Assembly: GCA_047285805.1 (NCBI GenBank)
Contig: JBJBCN010000002.1
Span: forward strand, 960,001-1,024,000
Direction of reading: 5' to 3'
Length of the DNA: 64,000 nucleotides
Source of the DNA: Synechococcus sp.
GTDB lineage: Bacteria; Cyanobacteriota; Cyanobacteriia; PCC-6307; Cyanobiaceae
Shown here: one piece after another, positions 51,178 to 60,738 of the stretch
How the letters are laid out: each line of letters starts with the position of its first letter
How positions within the stretch are numbered: position 1 is the stretch's first letter
Position numbers and translations under genes: made by a program
The notes under the pieces: generated by a model
The model's database searches: none
What the model saw: the letters and a program-made list of their open reading frames with translations, nothing else
What the model was told of the DNA's origin: nothing

Positions 51178-51816
51178 ATGACTAGCGTCAGTCGCAGAGC
51201 CCGCCACTGGGTGATCGGTGATGTGCACGGCTGCTCGGGCTCCCTCGATCAACTCCTCGCCCAGCTGCCCCAAGGCGACCGTCTGATTTTTTGCGGCGAC
51301 GCCATCAATCGCGGCCCCGACACCCCGGCCACGATGGAACGAATCTGGAGCCTGGTGGACAGCGGCCGAGCGATCTGGCTGCGGGGCAACCACGAGCAGG
51401 ATCTGATCGACGCCCTGCGCACCGCCCCCAGCAGCAGCCGCGGCGCTGGCGCCGAGACGTGCCACCAACTCGGTCCAGAGGGATGCGCCCTCTGGCTGAA
51501 GCGCCTCGAGCAGCTGCCCCTGGCCTACTGGGGGGAAGGCTGGGTCGCCACCCACGCCGGCTTTAACCCCAGCACCTGGCAGCCGGACCTGCGGGTGCGC
51601 ATGGGCTTCTGGGAGCAGTACGACGGTCGCTTTGGTGATGTGGTGATCGGCCACACCCCCGGCCCCAACGTCCGCCGTCTCCCGAACATCGTCATGGTGG
51701 ACACCGGCGCCTGCTACGGCGGCGACCTCAGCGCCTACTGCCCCGAAAGTCGCGAGGTGGTGTCAGTGCCGGGCCTTGCCCATAACCTGCAGACGCCCAG
51801 CCTGAGCCCCGTCTGA
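51178..51816 (+). CDS. Metallophosphoesterase (PPP/ApaH-like)
   Basis: GDVHG, GDAINRG, RGNHE, HAG, GHTP, DTG. Confidence 0.92.
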   Translation: MTSVSRRARHWVIGDVHGCSGSLDQLLAQLPQGDRLIFCGDAINRGPDTPATMERIWSLVDSGRAIWLRGNHEQDLIDALRTAPSSSRGAGAETCHQLGPEGCALWLKRLEQLPLAYWGEGWVATHAGFNPSTWQPDLRVRMGFWEQYDGRFGDVVIGHTPGPNVRRLPNIVMVDTGACYGGDLSAYCPESREVVSVPGLAHNLQTPSLSPV

Positions 51817-51819
51817 GCC

Positions 51820-54800
51820 TTGCTCACGGTTTATCGCAGCAACCGCGCTGAGCTACTGGCTCGCGTCCTGGCAACGAACCTGCAATTGCATCCGCCGGGA
51901 CTGCTCGAGGAGGTCCAGGTGGTGGTGAACACATGGCCGACAAGTCGCTGGCTGGGTGAGCAACTCGCCCTTGCCAATCCGGCCGGCATCGCCGCGAACC
52001 TGCGCTTCCCCTTCCCGAGCGGCCTGCTGCGGCAACTGGTGAACAGCTGGGTCGACGAGGAGAGCACGGGTCCCGATCCCTGGCGGGCCCAAAACCTGGT
52101 TTGGCCGCTGCTGGAGCTGCTACCGGAGCTGTTGGAGAGTCCAACGGCGCAGCCCCTTCGCCAATGGCTCGCAGTTCGCTCCTCCGGCCTGGAGACCCTG
52201 GATCCAGCCCTCTGGCAACTGGCCCGAGCGATAGCCGATGCCATCGATGACTACGGTCTCTACCGGCCCGCCCTGCTGGAGGCCTGGCTCAGCGACAAGC
52301 CCCAGCCTCTGCCGGAAGGGTTGCAGTGGCAGCCCGAACTTCTGCGGCGCCTGGTGGACCGTATGGGGAGCCTGCCCTTTGGTGTGCGGACGCGGGAGCT
52401 AATCCACCGGCTCCAGGGCGGCTGGAGACCGGAGCTCTCCAGCGCACAACCGCTCCGCCTCTTTGGCCTGAGCAGCCTGGCACCGGTGCAGGTCGAACTG
52501 CTGCAGGCACTCTCGGCGGTGCGGGACGTGGAGCTCTACGTGCTGACCCCCTGCCGTGATCTCTGGCAGCGCAGCAGCCCTTTCGCCCTGAGCGATCCTC
52601 TCGCGGCGGACTGGCTGCTGAGCGTGCCTGGCCTCGAGGCCCGCTTTGGCAGGCTCGGGGCGGAATTTCAGCAGTTGCTCGAAGGCACCGGCGAGAGCCA
52701 ACTGGGCCAGTGGCAGGACGGGGATCTGTTTTTTGCCCCTGCGACGGTCGCCCGCCACGAGGGCCGGGAGCCGTCCCTGCTGGAGCAATTGCAGGAGCAA
52801 CTGGTCTCCGGCGAACCCGAGGCGAAACAGCCCCTGACGCGGGAGCCGCGGGATCGCTCCCTGGAGTTCCACGCCTGCCCGGGGCGACTGCGCCAACTGC
52901 AGGTGGTGCGTGATCAGATCCTGCAGCTGCTGGCGGCGGACACCAGCCTGGAGCCGCGGGACATCCTGGTGATGACCCCCCAGGTGGAGGCCTTCGCGCC
53001 CTTGGTGGCGGCCGTCTTCGGCGACACAGAGGCCACCGGAGTACGGCTGCCCTGGCGCCTGACGGACCGCAGCCAACAGAGCGAGGCGGGCATCGCCCAA
53101 GGCCTGTTGGCCCTGCTGCAACTCGGCGGGGAAAGGCTCACCGCGACCGCCCTAGAGGGCGTGCTGAATTGCGGCCCCCTTCTGGCGGCCCAGCAGCTCG
53201 AGGCCAGTGAGTCGGGCGAGCTCACGGCCCTCTTGCAACAGGCGGGCTTCCGCTGGGGGCTTGATGGACGCGACCGCGGCGGCAACCCCAGCCACAGTCT
53301 GCGTTGGGCAGTCGATCGCCTCGTGCTGGGGCTAGTGCTCCCCGACGTCCCGGGCCTAGCCCCAGGCGAGACCGCCCCGCTGGCCCTGGCCGGCAGCCTC
53401 GAGCAGCAGGGCCGATGGATTGCCCTGCTGCGGCAACTACTCAGCAGCTTGCAGTGGTTCGCCCAACCCCGGCGGGCCACGGAGTGGGTGCAGGGCCTGC
53501 GGGAGCAACTGCCGCTGCTCTTTGACGAGGGCGGCAGCTGGGCCTGGGAGCTGCAGACCATCCATGCCGCACTTGCGGACTGGCAGGCGGTGGCCGGCGA
53601 AAGCCCCCTCAAGCTGACGGCACCGGTGGTGGCCGATGTCTTAGCAGAGCGGCTCAGCGAGGGCAGCGGACGCTTTGGTCACCGCTCGGGAGCCCTGACC
53701 ATCAGCGCACTGGAGCCGATGCGAGCGATCCCCCACCGGGTGGTGGTGCTGATGGGACTGGACGCCGGGGCCTTCCCCCGCCAGCGCCAGCGGCCGGGCT
53801 TCCACCTGATGGAGCAGCGCCGCGAGCTGGGCGATCCCAACAGCGGCGATCAGGACCGCTACGTCCTGCTGGAGGCGCTGCTGTCGGCGCGGCAGCACCT
53901 GCTGATCAGTTGGAGCTGCCGCGATGAACGCACCGGCGAGCCCCTGGATGCCTCGACCCCGGTGCGCCAATGGATCGACCTGCTGACGCAACAACTCGGC
54001 AGCGGAGCCGTTCCCCTGCGGGAGCACGCCGCCAATGCCCTCGAGCGGAGCAGCTTCCTGGAGATGGCGCCCTGGCCCGCGGCGAGCTGCGACCAACGGC
54101 TCCTGCAGGTGCGCCAACAGCTCGAGCAAGGCGAACTGAGCAGCCAGCAGGGGCTGGCCTTCAGCGCCCCGCCGACCGCCGCTGGGACCACACCGGAAAC
54201 GAGCTGGAGAGATCTGCAGCAGTGGCTCCAGGCCCCGCAAAGGGTATGGCTGGAGCAACTGGGGCTGCGTCCCAAGGAATTCGATCAGCCCGTGCGGGAC
54301 CTCGAGGCCCTGGAGCTCGGGGAGCGAGAGCGGTCGGCCCTGCTGCGCCGCGAATGGGAAGGAGAGGACCCAGTGGCAGGCGCTCCCAACTGGCGTGAAC
54401 TCGAGCTGGGCCGGGGAGTGCTGCCCCCCTTGGCCGCGGGTGTTATGGAGGTGACGCAACTGGAACAGCGGTGGGTAAGCCTACGCGACTGCCTTGGGTT
54501 GCTGGGGGAGCAGGAACAACACGCGCTGCAGTGGCAGCAGTACGAGGCCAAGCTCAGCAGCCGCGGTGGTCAACTGGTGCTGATCCACACCGCGAAACCG
54601 CGCACGCCCCAACGGCTGCAGCTCTGGTTGGAGTGCCTGCTCGCCGCGGCCGCGGGCCTGAACCTGCGGGGGGCGGCTCTGGTGGGCCGCGATCGCCACA
54701 GCTTCCGGGTGTTGGAGCGCTACGAGCTCCCCACACCCGCGCTGGCCAGAGAGCTGCTGGAGCAACTGCAGGGCTGGCGGGACGCCCACCGCATGGACTG

Positions 54801-55059
54801 CTGGGCCCTGCCACCGGAAACCGGATGGGCCTTCGCGAGCGCCGAGAGCCGCAAACCGGGGATGGGGCGCGGCTGGGCCAAGGCCAAGGACGCCTGGGAG
54901 GGGGGCTATCAACAGCGGGCCGAGCGAGAAGACCCCGTCCAACGGGTCTGCTTCGGTTCGGACCTCCCCCTGGGGGACCTGCTCACCACAGAGCTCCAGA
55001 GCCTGGCGTTGAGCCTGCACGGGCCGTTTTTGGAGCGCCGCAAGGAGATCAAGGCATGA
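51820..55059 (+). CDS. recC: Exodeoxyribonuclease V subunit gamma
   Basis: VYRSNRAELL, PRDILVMTP, LEPMRAIPHRVV, DRYVLLEALLSAR. Confidence 0.93.
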   Translation: MLTVYRSNRAELLARVLATNLQLHPPGLLEEVQVVVNTWPTSRWLGEQLALANPAGIAANLRFPFPSGLLRQLVNSWVDEESTGPDPWRAQNLVWPLLELLPELLESPTAQPLRQWLAVRSSGLETLDPALWQLARAIADAIDDYGLYRPALLEAWLSDKPQPLPEGLQWQPELLRRLVDRMGSLPFGVRTRELIHRLQGGWRPELSSAQPLRLFGLSSLAPVQVELLQALSAVRDVELYVLTPCRDLWQRSSPFALSDPLAADWLLSVPGLEARFGRLGAEFQQLLEGTGESQLGQWQDGDLFFAPATVARHEGREPSLLEQLQEQLVSGEPEAKQPLTREPRDRSLEFHACPGRLRQLQVVRDQILQLLAADTSLEPRDILVMTPQVEAFAPLVAAVFGDTEATGVRLPWRLTDRSQQSEAGIAQGLLALLQLGGERLTATALEGVLNCGPLLAAQQLEASESGELTALLQQAGFRWGLDGRDRGGNPSHSLRWAVDRLVLGLVLPDVPGLAPGETAPLALAGSLEQQGRWIALLRQLLSSLQWFAQPRRATEWVQGLREQLPLLFDEGGSWAWELQTIHAALADWQAVAGESPLKLTAPVVADVLAERLSEGSGRFGHRSGALTISALEPMRAIPHRVVVLMGLDAGAFPRQRQRPGFHLMEQRRELGDPNSGDQDRYVLLEALLSARQHLLISWSCRDERTGEPLDASTPVRQWIDLLTQQLGSGAVPLREHAANALERSSFLEMAPWPAASCDQRLLQVRQQLEQGELSSQQGLAFSAPPTAAGTTPETSWRDLQQWLQAPQRVWLEQLGLRPKEFDQPVRDLEALELGERERSALLRREWEGEDPVAGAPNWRELELGRGVLPPLAAGVMEVTQLEQRWVSLRDCLGLLGEQEQHALQWQQYEAKLSSRGGQLVLIHTAKPRTPQRLQLWLECLLAAAAGLNLRGAALVGRDRHSFRVLERYELPTPALARELLEQLQGWRDAHRMDCWALPPETGWAFASAESRKPGMGRGWAKAKDAWEGGYQQRAEREDPVQRVCFGSDLPLGDLLTTELQSLALSLHGPFLERRKEIKA

Positions 55060-58000
55060 GCCTGACCACCTTTGATCCGAACGCCTTCAGCCTCGCGCCG
55101 GGGATTCGTCTGCTGGAGGCGAGCGCCGGCACCGGCAAGACCTTCGCCCTGGCCCATCTGGTGCTGCGGCTTCTGAGCGAGGGGCCACGGCCCCTGGATG
55201 TCGAGGAGCTGCTGGTGGTCACCTTCACGGATGCCGCCGCCGCGGAATTGCGGGGCCGCATCGCCCGCCGCCTGCAAGACGCCCTGGTCCTGCTCGATGA
55301 GGAACACGCCGAGGCCGATGAACCGCTGCAGCAGTGGCGCTTGGCCATAGAAACCGAGCAGGTTCAGCGCATCAAGGGAGGGCTCCTGCTGGCCCTAGAG
55401 CGGCTGGATCGCGCCGACATCACGACCATCCACGGCTTCTGCCGCCGGACCCTGCAGCGCCATGCCCTCGAAGCCGGTCTCGGCCCCGACGTGGCCTTAG
55501 AGAGCAAAGGACGCGAGCGGAGACAACAGCTCGTCCACGACTACTGGCAGCAGCAGGTCCTGGCCCTGCCGCCCCATCTGGTGGCGGGACTGCAAAGCCT
55601 TCAGGTCAACCCCGAGCAGCTAGTGAACCTGCTGGGCAGCCTCGATGGCGACCCGGCCCTGCAGCTCGCCCCCCTTCCGGAGGGATGGAGCAGCAGCTTG
55701 GGCTTGGCGGAGCAACTGCCGGCTTTCTGGAGCTCGAGTTGGGCGGCGTTCAGCTCCGAATGGCCAAGCCGCTGCGAAGCGCTGGAGGAGGAGTTCGCGG
55801 CGGCCGCTGTGGAACTCAAGAGCTTGGGGGTCGACTACAAGCCCTATCGCCTCAAGGCCAAGCCGGATCGCTTGAACCGCGTTCAGAACTGGTTCGACCA
55901 ACTGGAGGAGCCGGCCGGCTACGACACACTCCTGCAGCAGGATGACCTCAAGAAATACTTTCACCCCGGCCCCTTCACGAAGGCCGCCGCCCCCGCCCAT
56001 GGCGACCAGGTGTCCCTGCCCCAGGCCCCCCTGCTAGAGGCCATCGCCGACGTGGTGGAGGGGCCCGCGGAACTCACGCTGCTGCATTTCTGCCATTGGG
56101 GCCGAGCGGAGCTGCAACGCCGGCGCGAGCGCAGCGGTGAGATCAGCTTTGGCAATCTGCTCGAGCAACTCGACCCGGGTCCTGACGCGACTGCGGCATC
56201 AGCCCTGCTGCGGGCGGTCGCGAACCGCTACCGGGCGGCGCTGATCGACGAGTTCCAGGACACCGATCCGATCCAGTGGCGCATCCTGAAGCGGTCCTTT
56301 GCCGCGGAACCCGGCCGCCATCTGCTCGTGATGGTGGGCGATCCCAAGCAGGCGATCTACCGCTTCCGCGGCGGGGAGCTGCAGACCTACCGCCAGGCGG
56401 CCGAAGAAGCCGATGGCCGCTTTGGCCTCTTTGAGAACCGCCGCTCCAGCAGCGACCTGGTGGCGGGCCTGAATGCCTTGATGCGGCCCGGGCTGATCCA
56501 GAGCGGACTCGAGGTACCCGAGGTGCTGGCAAAGGCCAACAAGGGACACCTGCACGTCCCCGGCGACCCGGCGCCGCTGCAGCTGCTGGAGCTTGATCCA
56601 AGTGAAAGCCTCGAGGCCCAGGTTGCAGGCCTCTGCCAGGAGCTCTTGAGCCAGGGGCTGGAGCTGGACGGCCGGCCGATCGACCCGGGCGACATCTGCC
56701 TGCTGGTCAGCCGCCACGACCAGGCCGAAGCCCTGCGGGCCGCTCTGGAACGCCGGCAGATCCCCAGCCGCCTGGTGAGCCGCGGCGATGTCTTTGAAAG
56801 CCTTGGGGCAAGCGCCCTGCAGCGCTTCCTTGATGCCCTCGCCCAACCCGGTCAGCTGGGACGTCTGAAGTTGCTGGCGGCTTCGGCCCTGCTGGGCTGG
56901 TCCGCTGCCGAAATCGAGGCCAGCACCTCGAGTCAGTGGGACCAGTTGGCCGCGGAGTTGAGTTCCCTGGCGGAACAGCTCCCCAAACTCGGCTTGACGG
57001 CGGCCTTAGCGCATCTGCAGGGGACGACGGGCCTGGCGCGGCTCTCTCTGCGGGGCCGGGCCCTGGCCGATTTGCAGCAGGCCGCGGAGCTGGTGCAGGA
57101 GCAGATGCACCGCCAAGGCCTCGGGGCCCAGGCGGCCGCGGACTGGCTCAGGCGCCTGCGCCTGGAGGAGAACCGCGACAGCCCTGAGGCCCATCTCTGC
57201 AGGAGCGATGCCGCCGAAGCCGCCATCGCCGTCGTGACGGTCCACCGCAGCAAAGGGCTCGAGTACCCAATGGTGATCTGCCCTTACCTCTGGAAGGCCC
57301 CCAAAGCGGCGAAGCGCCTCGGCCGCCGCTGGACCACGGGCGGTCAACCCCAACTGGACCTGCACCTGCAGACCCACTGCGGCGTGGGCCGACTCGCGGC
57401 CCAACAGGACCAGCAAGCCCAGGTCGCCGAGGCGGAGCGCCTGGCCTACGTGGCCTGCACCCGTGCCCAACACCTGCTGGTGCTCGGCTGGCCTGGAGCG
57501 GACCTAGCCGACGCAGGGAACCCCCTGAGCAGTTGGTTGCAGGAGCGGGAGGAGGAGTTGCCGTTCGCGCGGATCCAGGCCACAGGCGAGATCCGCCAGC
57601 CCTGGCGCCCCGCTCCCGCCGCGGGGGAGCTGAGCCTAGGGCCCCTTCCGAAGCGCTCCCTCGACAGCAGTTGGGGTCGGGCCAGCTACTCCGGTTGGGC
57701 CCACTCCCAAGCGAGCCTGCCGCCGGAGCTGCAGGAGGAGGGCCGCGACACCGACGTCTTGAGCGATGGATTCGACGAAGCCCTGCAGAAGGACAGCGGC
57801 GACACCAATGGAGCAGCGATGACCTGGCCGGACTTGGGGCCGATGGCCCATTTCCCCCGGGGGGCCGGTCCTGGCGATGCCCTGCACCGGATCCTCGAGC
57901 GCCTGGACTACGGCGCGGTGGCCCGCGGGAAACGGGAGGAGGCCGACGCGGTGATCGCCCAGGAGCTGGAGCGCGCGGGTCTGGAGGGGGAGGCCTGCGC

Positions 58001-58655
58001 GGGAATCTTCGAGGCCCTGCAGCAATTGATGTGCACGCCCTTGGGCGGCGTTCTCGGCGGCTGCCGGTTGGGGGACCTCGAGCCCGGCTCCTGGCTGAAC
58101 GAGATGAACTTCGATCTGCCCCTGGCGACCGAGGGGGAGGAGCTGCGACTTGTGCGCAGCAGCGGACTGGCCCAGGCCTTCGCCGCACACCCGGGCGGAC
58201 GCTTTGGCAGGTCCTATGCCCGGACTTTGCAGGGGCTGGAGGTAGCCAGCCGCGGCTTTCTGACGGGATCAATTGACCTGCTCTTCTGCTGGCAGGGGCG
58301 CTGGTGGGTGGCGGACTGGAAGAGCAACTGGCTCGGCCAGCGGGATCGTCTAGGCAAGGTGAACCGTTGCGGCCCCAACGACTACTCGGCAGCGGCGATG
58401 GAGACCCTGATGGCGAGCAGCCATTACCCCCTGCAGGCCCACCTCTACCTGGTGGCCCTGCATCGCTATCTGCTCTGGCGACTGCCCGACTACGACCCCA
58501 CTGCGCACCTGGGCGGCTACGCCTACGTCTTTCTGCGGGGCGTGCCTGGACCGACCCCAGATCCCACGGTGCCGACCCCAGGGGTGCTGGTGGATCAACC
58601 CAGCCTGGAGCGTGTGCTGGCCCTCGATGCCCTGCTGCGGGAGGGACAACCATGA
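55056..58655 (+). CDS. recB: Exodeoxyribonuclease V subunit beta
   Basis: EASAGTGKT, DEFQDTD, GDPKQAIY, TVHRSKGLEY, GSIDL...DWKSN; ATGA overlap with recC. Confidence 0.95.
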   Translation: MSLTTFDPNAFSLAPGIRLLEASAGTGKTFALAHLVLRLLSEGPRPLDVEELLVVTFTDAAAAELRGRIARRLQDALVLLDEEHAEADEPLQQWRLAIETEQVQRIKGGLLLALERLDRADITTIHGFCRRTLQRHALEAGLGPDVALESKGRERRQQLVHDYWQQQVLALPPHLVAGLQSLQVNPEQLVNLLGSLDGDPALQLAPLPEGWSSSLGLAEQLPAFWSSSWAAFSSEWPSRCEALEEEFAAAAVELKSLGVDYKPYRLKAKPDRLNRVQNWFDQLEEPAGYDTLLQQDDLKKYFHPGPFTKAAAPAHGDQVSLPQAPLLEAIADVVEGPAELTLLHFCHWGRAELQRRRERSGEISFGNLLEQLDPGPDATAASALLRAVANRYRAALIDEFQDTDPIQWRILKRSFAAEPGRHLLVMVGDPKQAIYRFRGGELQTYRQAAEEADGRFGLFENRRSSSDLVAGLNALMRPGLIQSGLEVPEVLAKANKGHLHVPGDPAPLQLLELDPSESLEAQVAGLCQELLSQGLELDGRPIDPGDICLLVSRHDQAEALRAALERRQIPSRLVSRGDVFESLGASALQRFLDALAQPGQLGRLKLLAASALLGWSAAEIEASTSSQWDQLAAELSSLAEQLPKLGLTAALAHLQGTTGLARLSLRGRALADLQQAAELVQEQMHRQGLGAQAAADWLRRLRLEENRDSPEAHLCRSDAAEAAIAVVTVHRSKGLEYPMVICPYLWKAPKAAKRLGRRWTTGGQPQLDLHLQTHCGVGRLAAQQDQQAQVAEAERLAYVACTRAQHLLVLGWPGADLADAGNPLSSWLQEREEELPFARIQATGEIRQPWRPAPAAGELSLGPLPKRSLDSSWGRASYSGWAHSQASLPPELQEEGRDTDVLSDGFDEALQKDSGDTNGAAMTWPDLGPMAHFPRGAGPGDALHRILERLDYGAVARGKREEADAVIAQELERAGLEGEACAGIFEALQQLMCTPLGGVLGGCRLGDLEPGSWLNEMNFDLPLATEGEELRLVRSSGLAQAFAAHPGGRFGRSYARTLQGLEVASRGFLTGSIDLLFCWQGRWWVADWKSNWLGQRDRLGKVNRCGPNDYSAAAMETLMASSHYPLQAHLYLVALHRYLLWRLPDYDPTAHLGGYAYVFLRGVPGPTPDPTVPTPGVLVDQPSLERVLALDALLREGQP

Positions 58656-60283
58656 GCGCTCTGGCTTCCGCGGTCCTCGACAGCCTGCAGCGGCTGCTGC
58701 CCCCCAGACAGAGCAGCGCCCTGTTGCCGGCCGTGGTGCAGGCCCTCATCCACGCCTTGGAGGAGGGCGACTTGGGTCTGGATTGCAGGGGCCCTGCCCC
58801 CGACGGGATTAGCCCCGAGGACTGGCCCGCCGCCGCCATCTCCGCCCTCGATGGGGCGGGCTGGCTGGTGGACGCCACGGAAGCCGCGACGGCCCCAGAG
58901 GCACCAATCGTTCAGGACGGTCTTGTGCTGCGCTGGCGGCGCTGGCAGACCCAACTGCAGCAGTGCCTGACAACTATCGAGGAGCGGGCCCAACGCGAAC
59001 GGGGCTGCAGCGAGGCGGAACACCAAGCGGCGATGTCCGCCGCCGCCGAAGCGGGCCTAGACACCCAGCAGTGCCAGGCCGTCTCCGTCGCCCTGCGTCA
59101 CGGCCTGGTGCTGCTCTCCGGCGGCCCGGGAACCGGCAAGACATCGACGGTGGTGCAGATGTTGGCGGCTTGCCTGCGCCAGAGGCCGGGGCTGCGAATC
59201 CATCTGGCCGCCCCCACCGGCAAGGCCGCAGCCCGCCTGGCGAGCTCGGTCAACCGTGGCAACACCCAGCTCCCCAGCAGCACCCTGCACCGACTGCTGG
59301 AGGCCCAGGGAGAACTGCGCTTTGGCCGCAACGGCCGCCATCCGCTCGAACTGGATCTGCTGGTGGTCGATGAGCTCTCGATGGTTGATCTACCGCTGAT
59401 GGCAGCCCTGCTGGAGGCGCTGCCGGCGGACGCGCAACTGCTGCTGATCGGGGACGCCAACCAATTGCCTCCAGTGGGCACCGGAGCCGTCCTCGAGGAG
59501 CTCTGCCGGCCGGAACGCCGACCCCTCTTGGGGGAAGCCGCTGTGGAACTGCGCACCACGTATCGCAATGACGGAGCGATCGCCGCCCTGGCCGAAGCTC
59601 TGCGGCAACGCCCGAGCGCCCCCCAAGGAGAACTGCTTCAGGAGCTGAAACCGACCCTCCAGGCCCTGACGCCCAAGGACAATGTCGCCTGGATCGAAGC
59701 CCCCAGCCGCAGCCTTCCGCCGGCCTTGCTGGAGACGGTACGAGGGCAAGCCGCGGCCCTACGCGCGAGCTGCCAAACACTGGTGTGGCGGGAGGGACGC
59801 CCAGACCCCGAGCACAGCGCAGCCCTCCTGGCACAACTGGAAGAGCTAGTGGTACTCAGCCCGATCCGTCAGGGGCCCTGGGGGGTGGAGGCGGTGCATC
59901 GAGAGCTCCTCGGTGATCTCGCCAAGAGCTCCCCGCTGCACTGGCCGCCAGGGACCCCGGTGCTCAATCGCCTCAACCGCCCCGACCAGGGCCTGGCGAA
60001 TGGCGACATCGGTGTTGTGTTGCAACAGGGCTCGGAACGCCGCGTCCTGATGCCCGGCCAACGACTCCTGCACCCCGCCCAACTCAATGGCGCCGAGCCG
60101 GCCTTCGCCTTGACGGTGCACAAGTCCCAGGGGAGCCAATACAAAACCGTGCAGTTCCTCCTGCCGGCGAATCGGCCTCTGGATCCCCGCTTGATCTACA
60201 CGGGCCTCACGCGGGCCCAACGTCAGGCCTACCTATTCACACCGGCGGGGATCAGCAGCAGACAAAGCCAGAACACTCCCTAG
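58652..60283 (+). CDS. recD: Exodeoxyribonuclease V subunit alpha
   Basis: GGPGTGKT, APTGKAA, DELSM, TVHKSQGSQY, YTGLTRA; ATGA overlap with recB. Confidence 0.94.
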   Translation: MSALASAVLDSLQRLLPPRQSSALLPAVVQALIHALEEGDLGLDCRGPAPDGISPEDWPAAAISALDGAGWLVDATEAATAPEAPIVQDGLVLRWRRWQTQLQQCLTTIEERAQRERGCSEAEHQAAMSAAAEAGLDTQQCQAVSVALRHGLVLLSGGPGTGKTSTVVQMLAACLRQRPGLRIHLAAPTGKAAARLASSVNRGNTQLPSSTLHRLLEAQGELRFGRNGRHPLELDLLVVDELSMVDLPLMAALLEALPADAQLLLIGDANQLPPVGTGAVLEELCRPERRPLLGEAAVELRTTYRNDGAIAALAEALRQRPSAPQGELLQELKPTLQALTPKDNVAWIEAPSRSLPPALLETVRGQAAALRASCQTLVWREGRPDPEHSAALLAQLEELVVLSPIRQGPWGVEAVHRELLGDLAKSSPLHWPPGTPVLNRLNRPDQGLANGDIGVVLQQGSERRVLMPGQRLLHPAQLNGAEPAFALTVHKSQGSQYKTVQFLLPANRPLDPRLIYTGLTRAQRQAYLFTPAGISSRQSQNTP

Positions 60284-60292
60284 CCTGAGCAC

Positions 60293-60646
60293 ATGACCGA
60301 GATCGGCATCGTTCAGCGGCCCTGGGGTTGGTTTGAAACCATCGGTGCCGGCGATGGGTACCTGGTCAAACGGCTCTGCATCGAAGCCGGTCACCGGCTC
60401 AGCCTGCAACGCCATCGCCATCGCCTGGAGCACTGGGTGGTTGTCAGTGGCTCCGGGCAACTCGAATGCGACGGATCGACGATTCAGGCGGCGGCCGGGA
60501 CCACTCTGCTGGTGCCCTGCGGCGCCGTACACCGAGCTGCCGCAACGACCGAGAACCTGCTCATCGTTGAAGTGCAGCGCGGCGATCACCTCAGCGAGGA
60601 CGACATCGAGCGCATGGCGGACGACTACGAAAGGGTTAAGTGTTAA
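60293..60646 (+). CDS. Cupin protein (mannose-6-phosphate isomerase type II C-terminal-like)
   Basis: RPWGWF, LSLQRHRHRLEHW, EVQRG..LSEDDIER. Confidence 0.88.
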   Translation: MTEIGIVQRPWGWFETIGAGDGYLVKRLCIEAGHRLSLQRHRHRLEHWVVVSGSGQLECDGSTIQAAAGTTLLVPCGAVHRAAATTENLLIVEVQRGDHLSEDDIERMADDYERVKC

Positions 60647-60738
60647 GTTGATCTCCCACCCTTTGTGAAGGGCAAGGCAGTTTCTTAAACGGGTGTCTGC
60701 CGGCCTGTCGACGAAGGATTCAGGCCCAGACCAACCAC

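Noticed and set aside
51820..60283. Helicase/nuclease operon as a novel defence system
   Set aside because: Motifs and order match canonical recC-recB-recD
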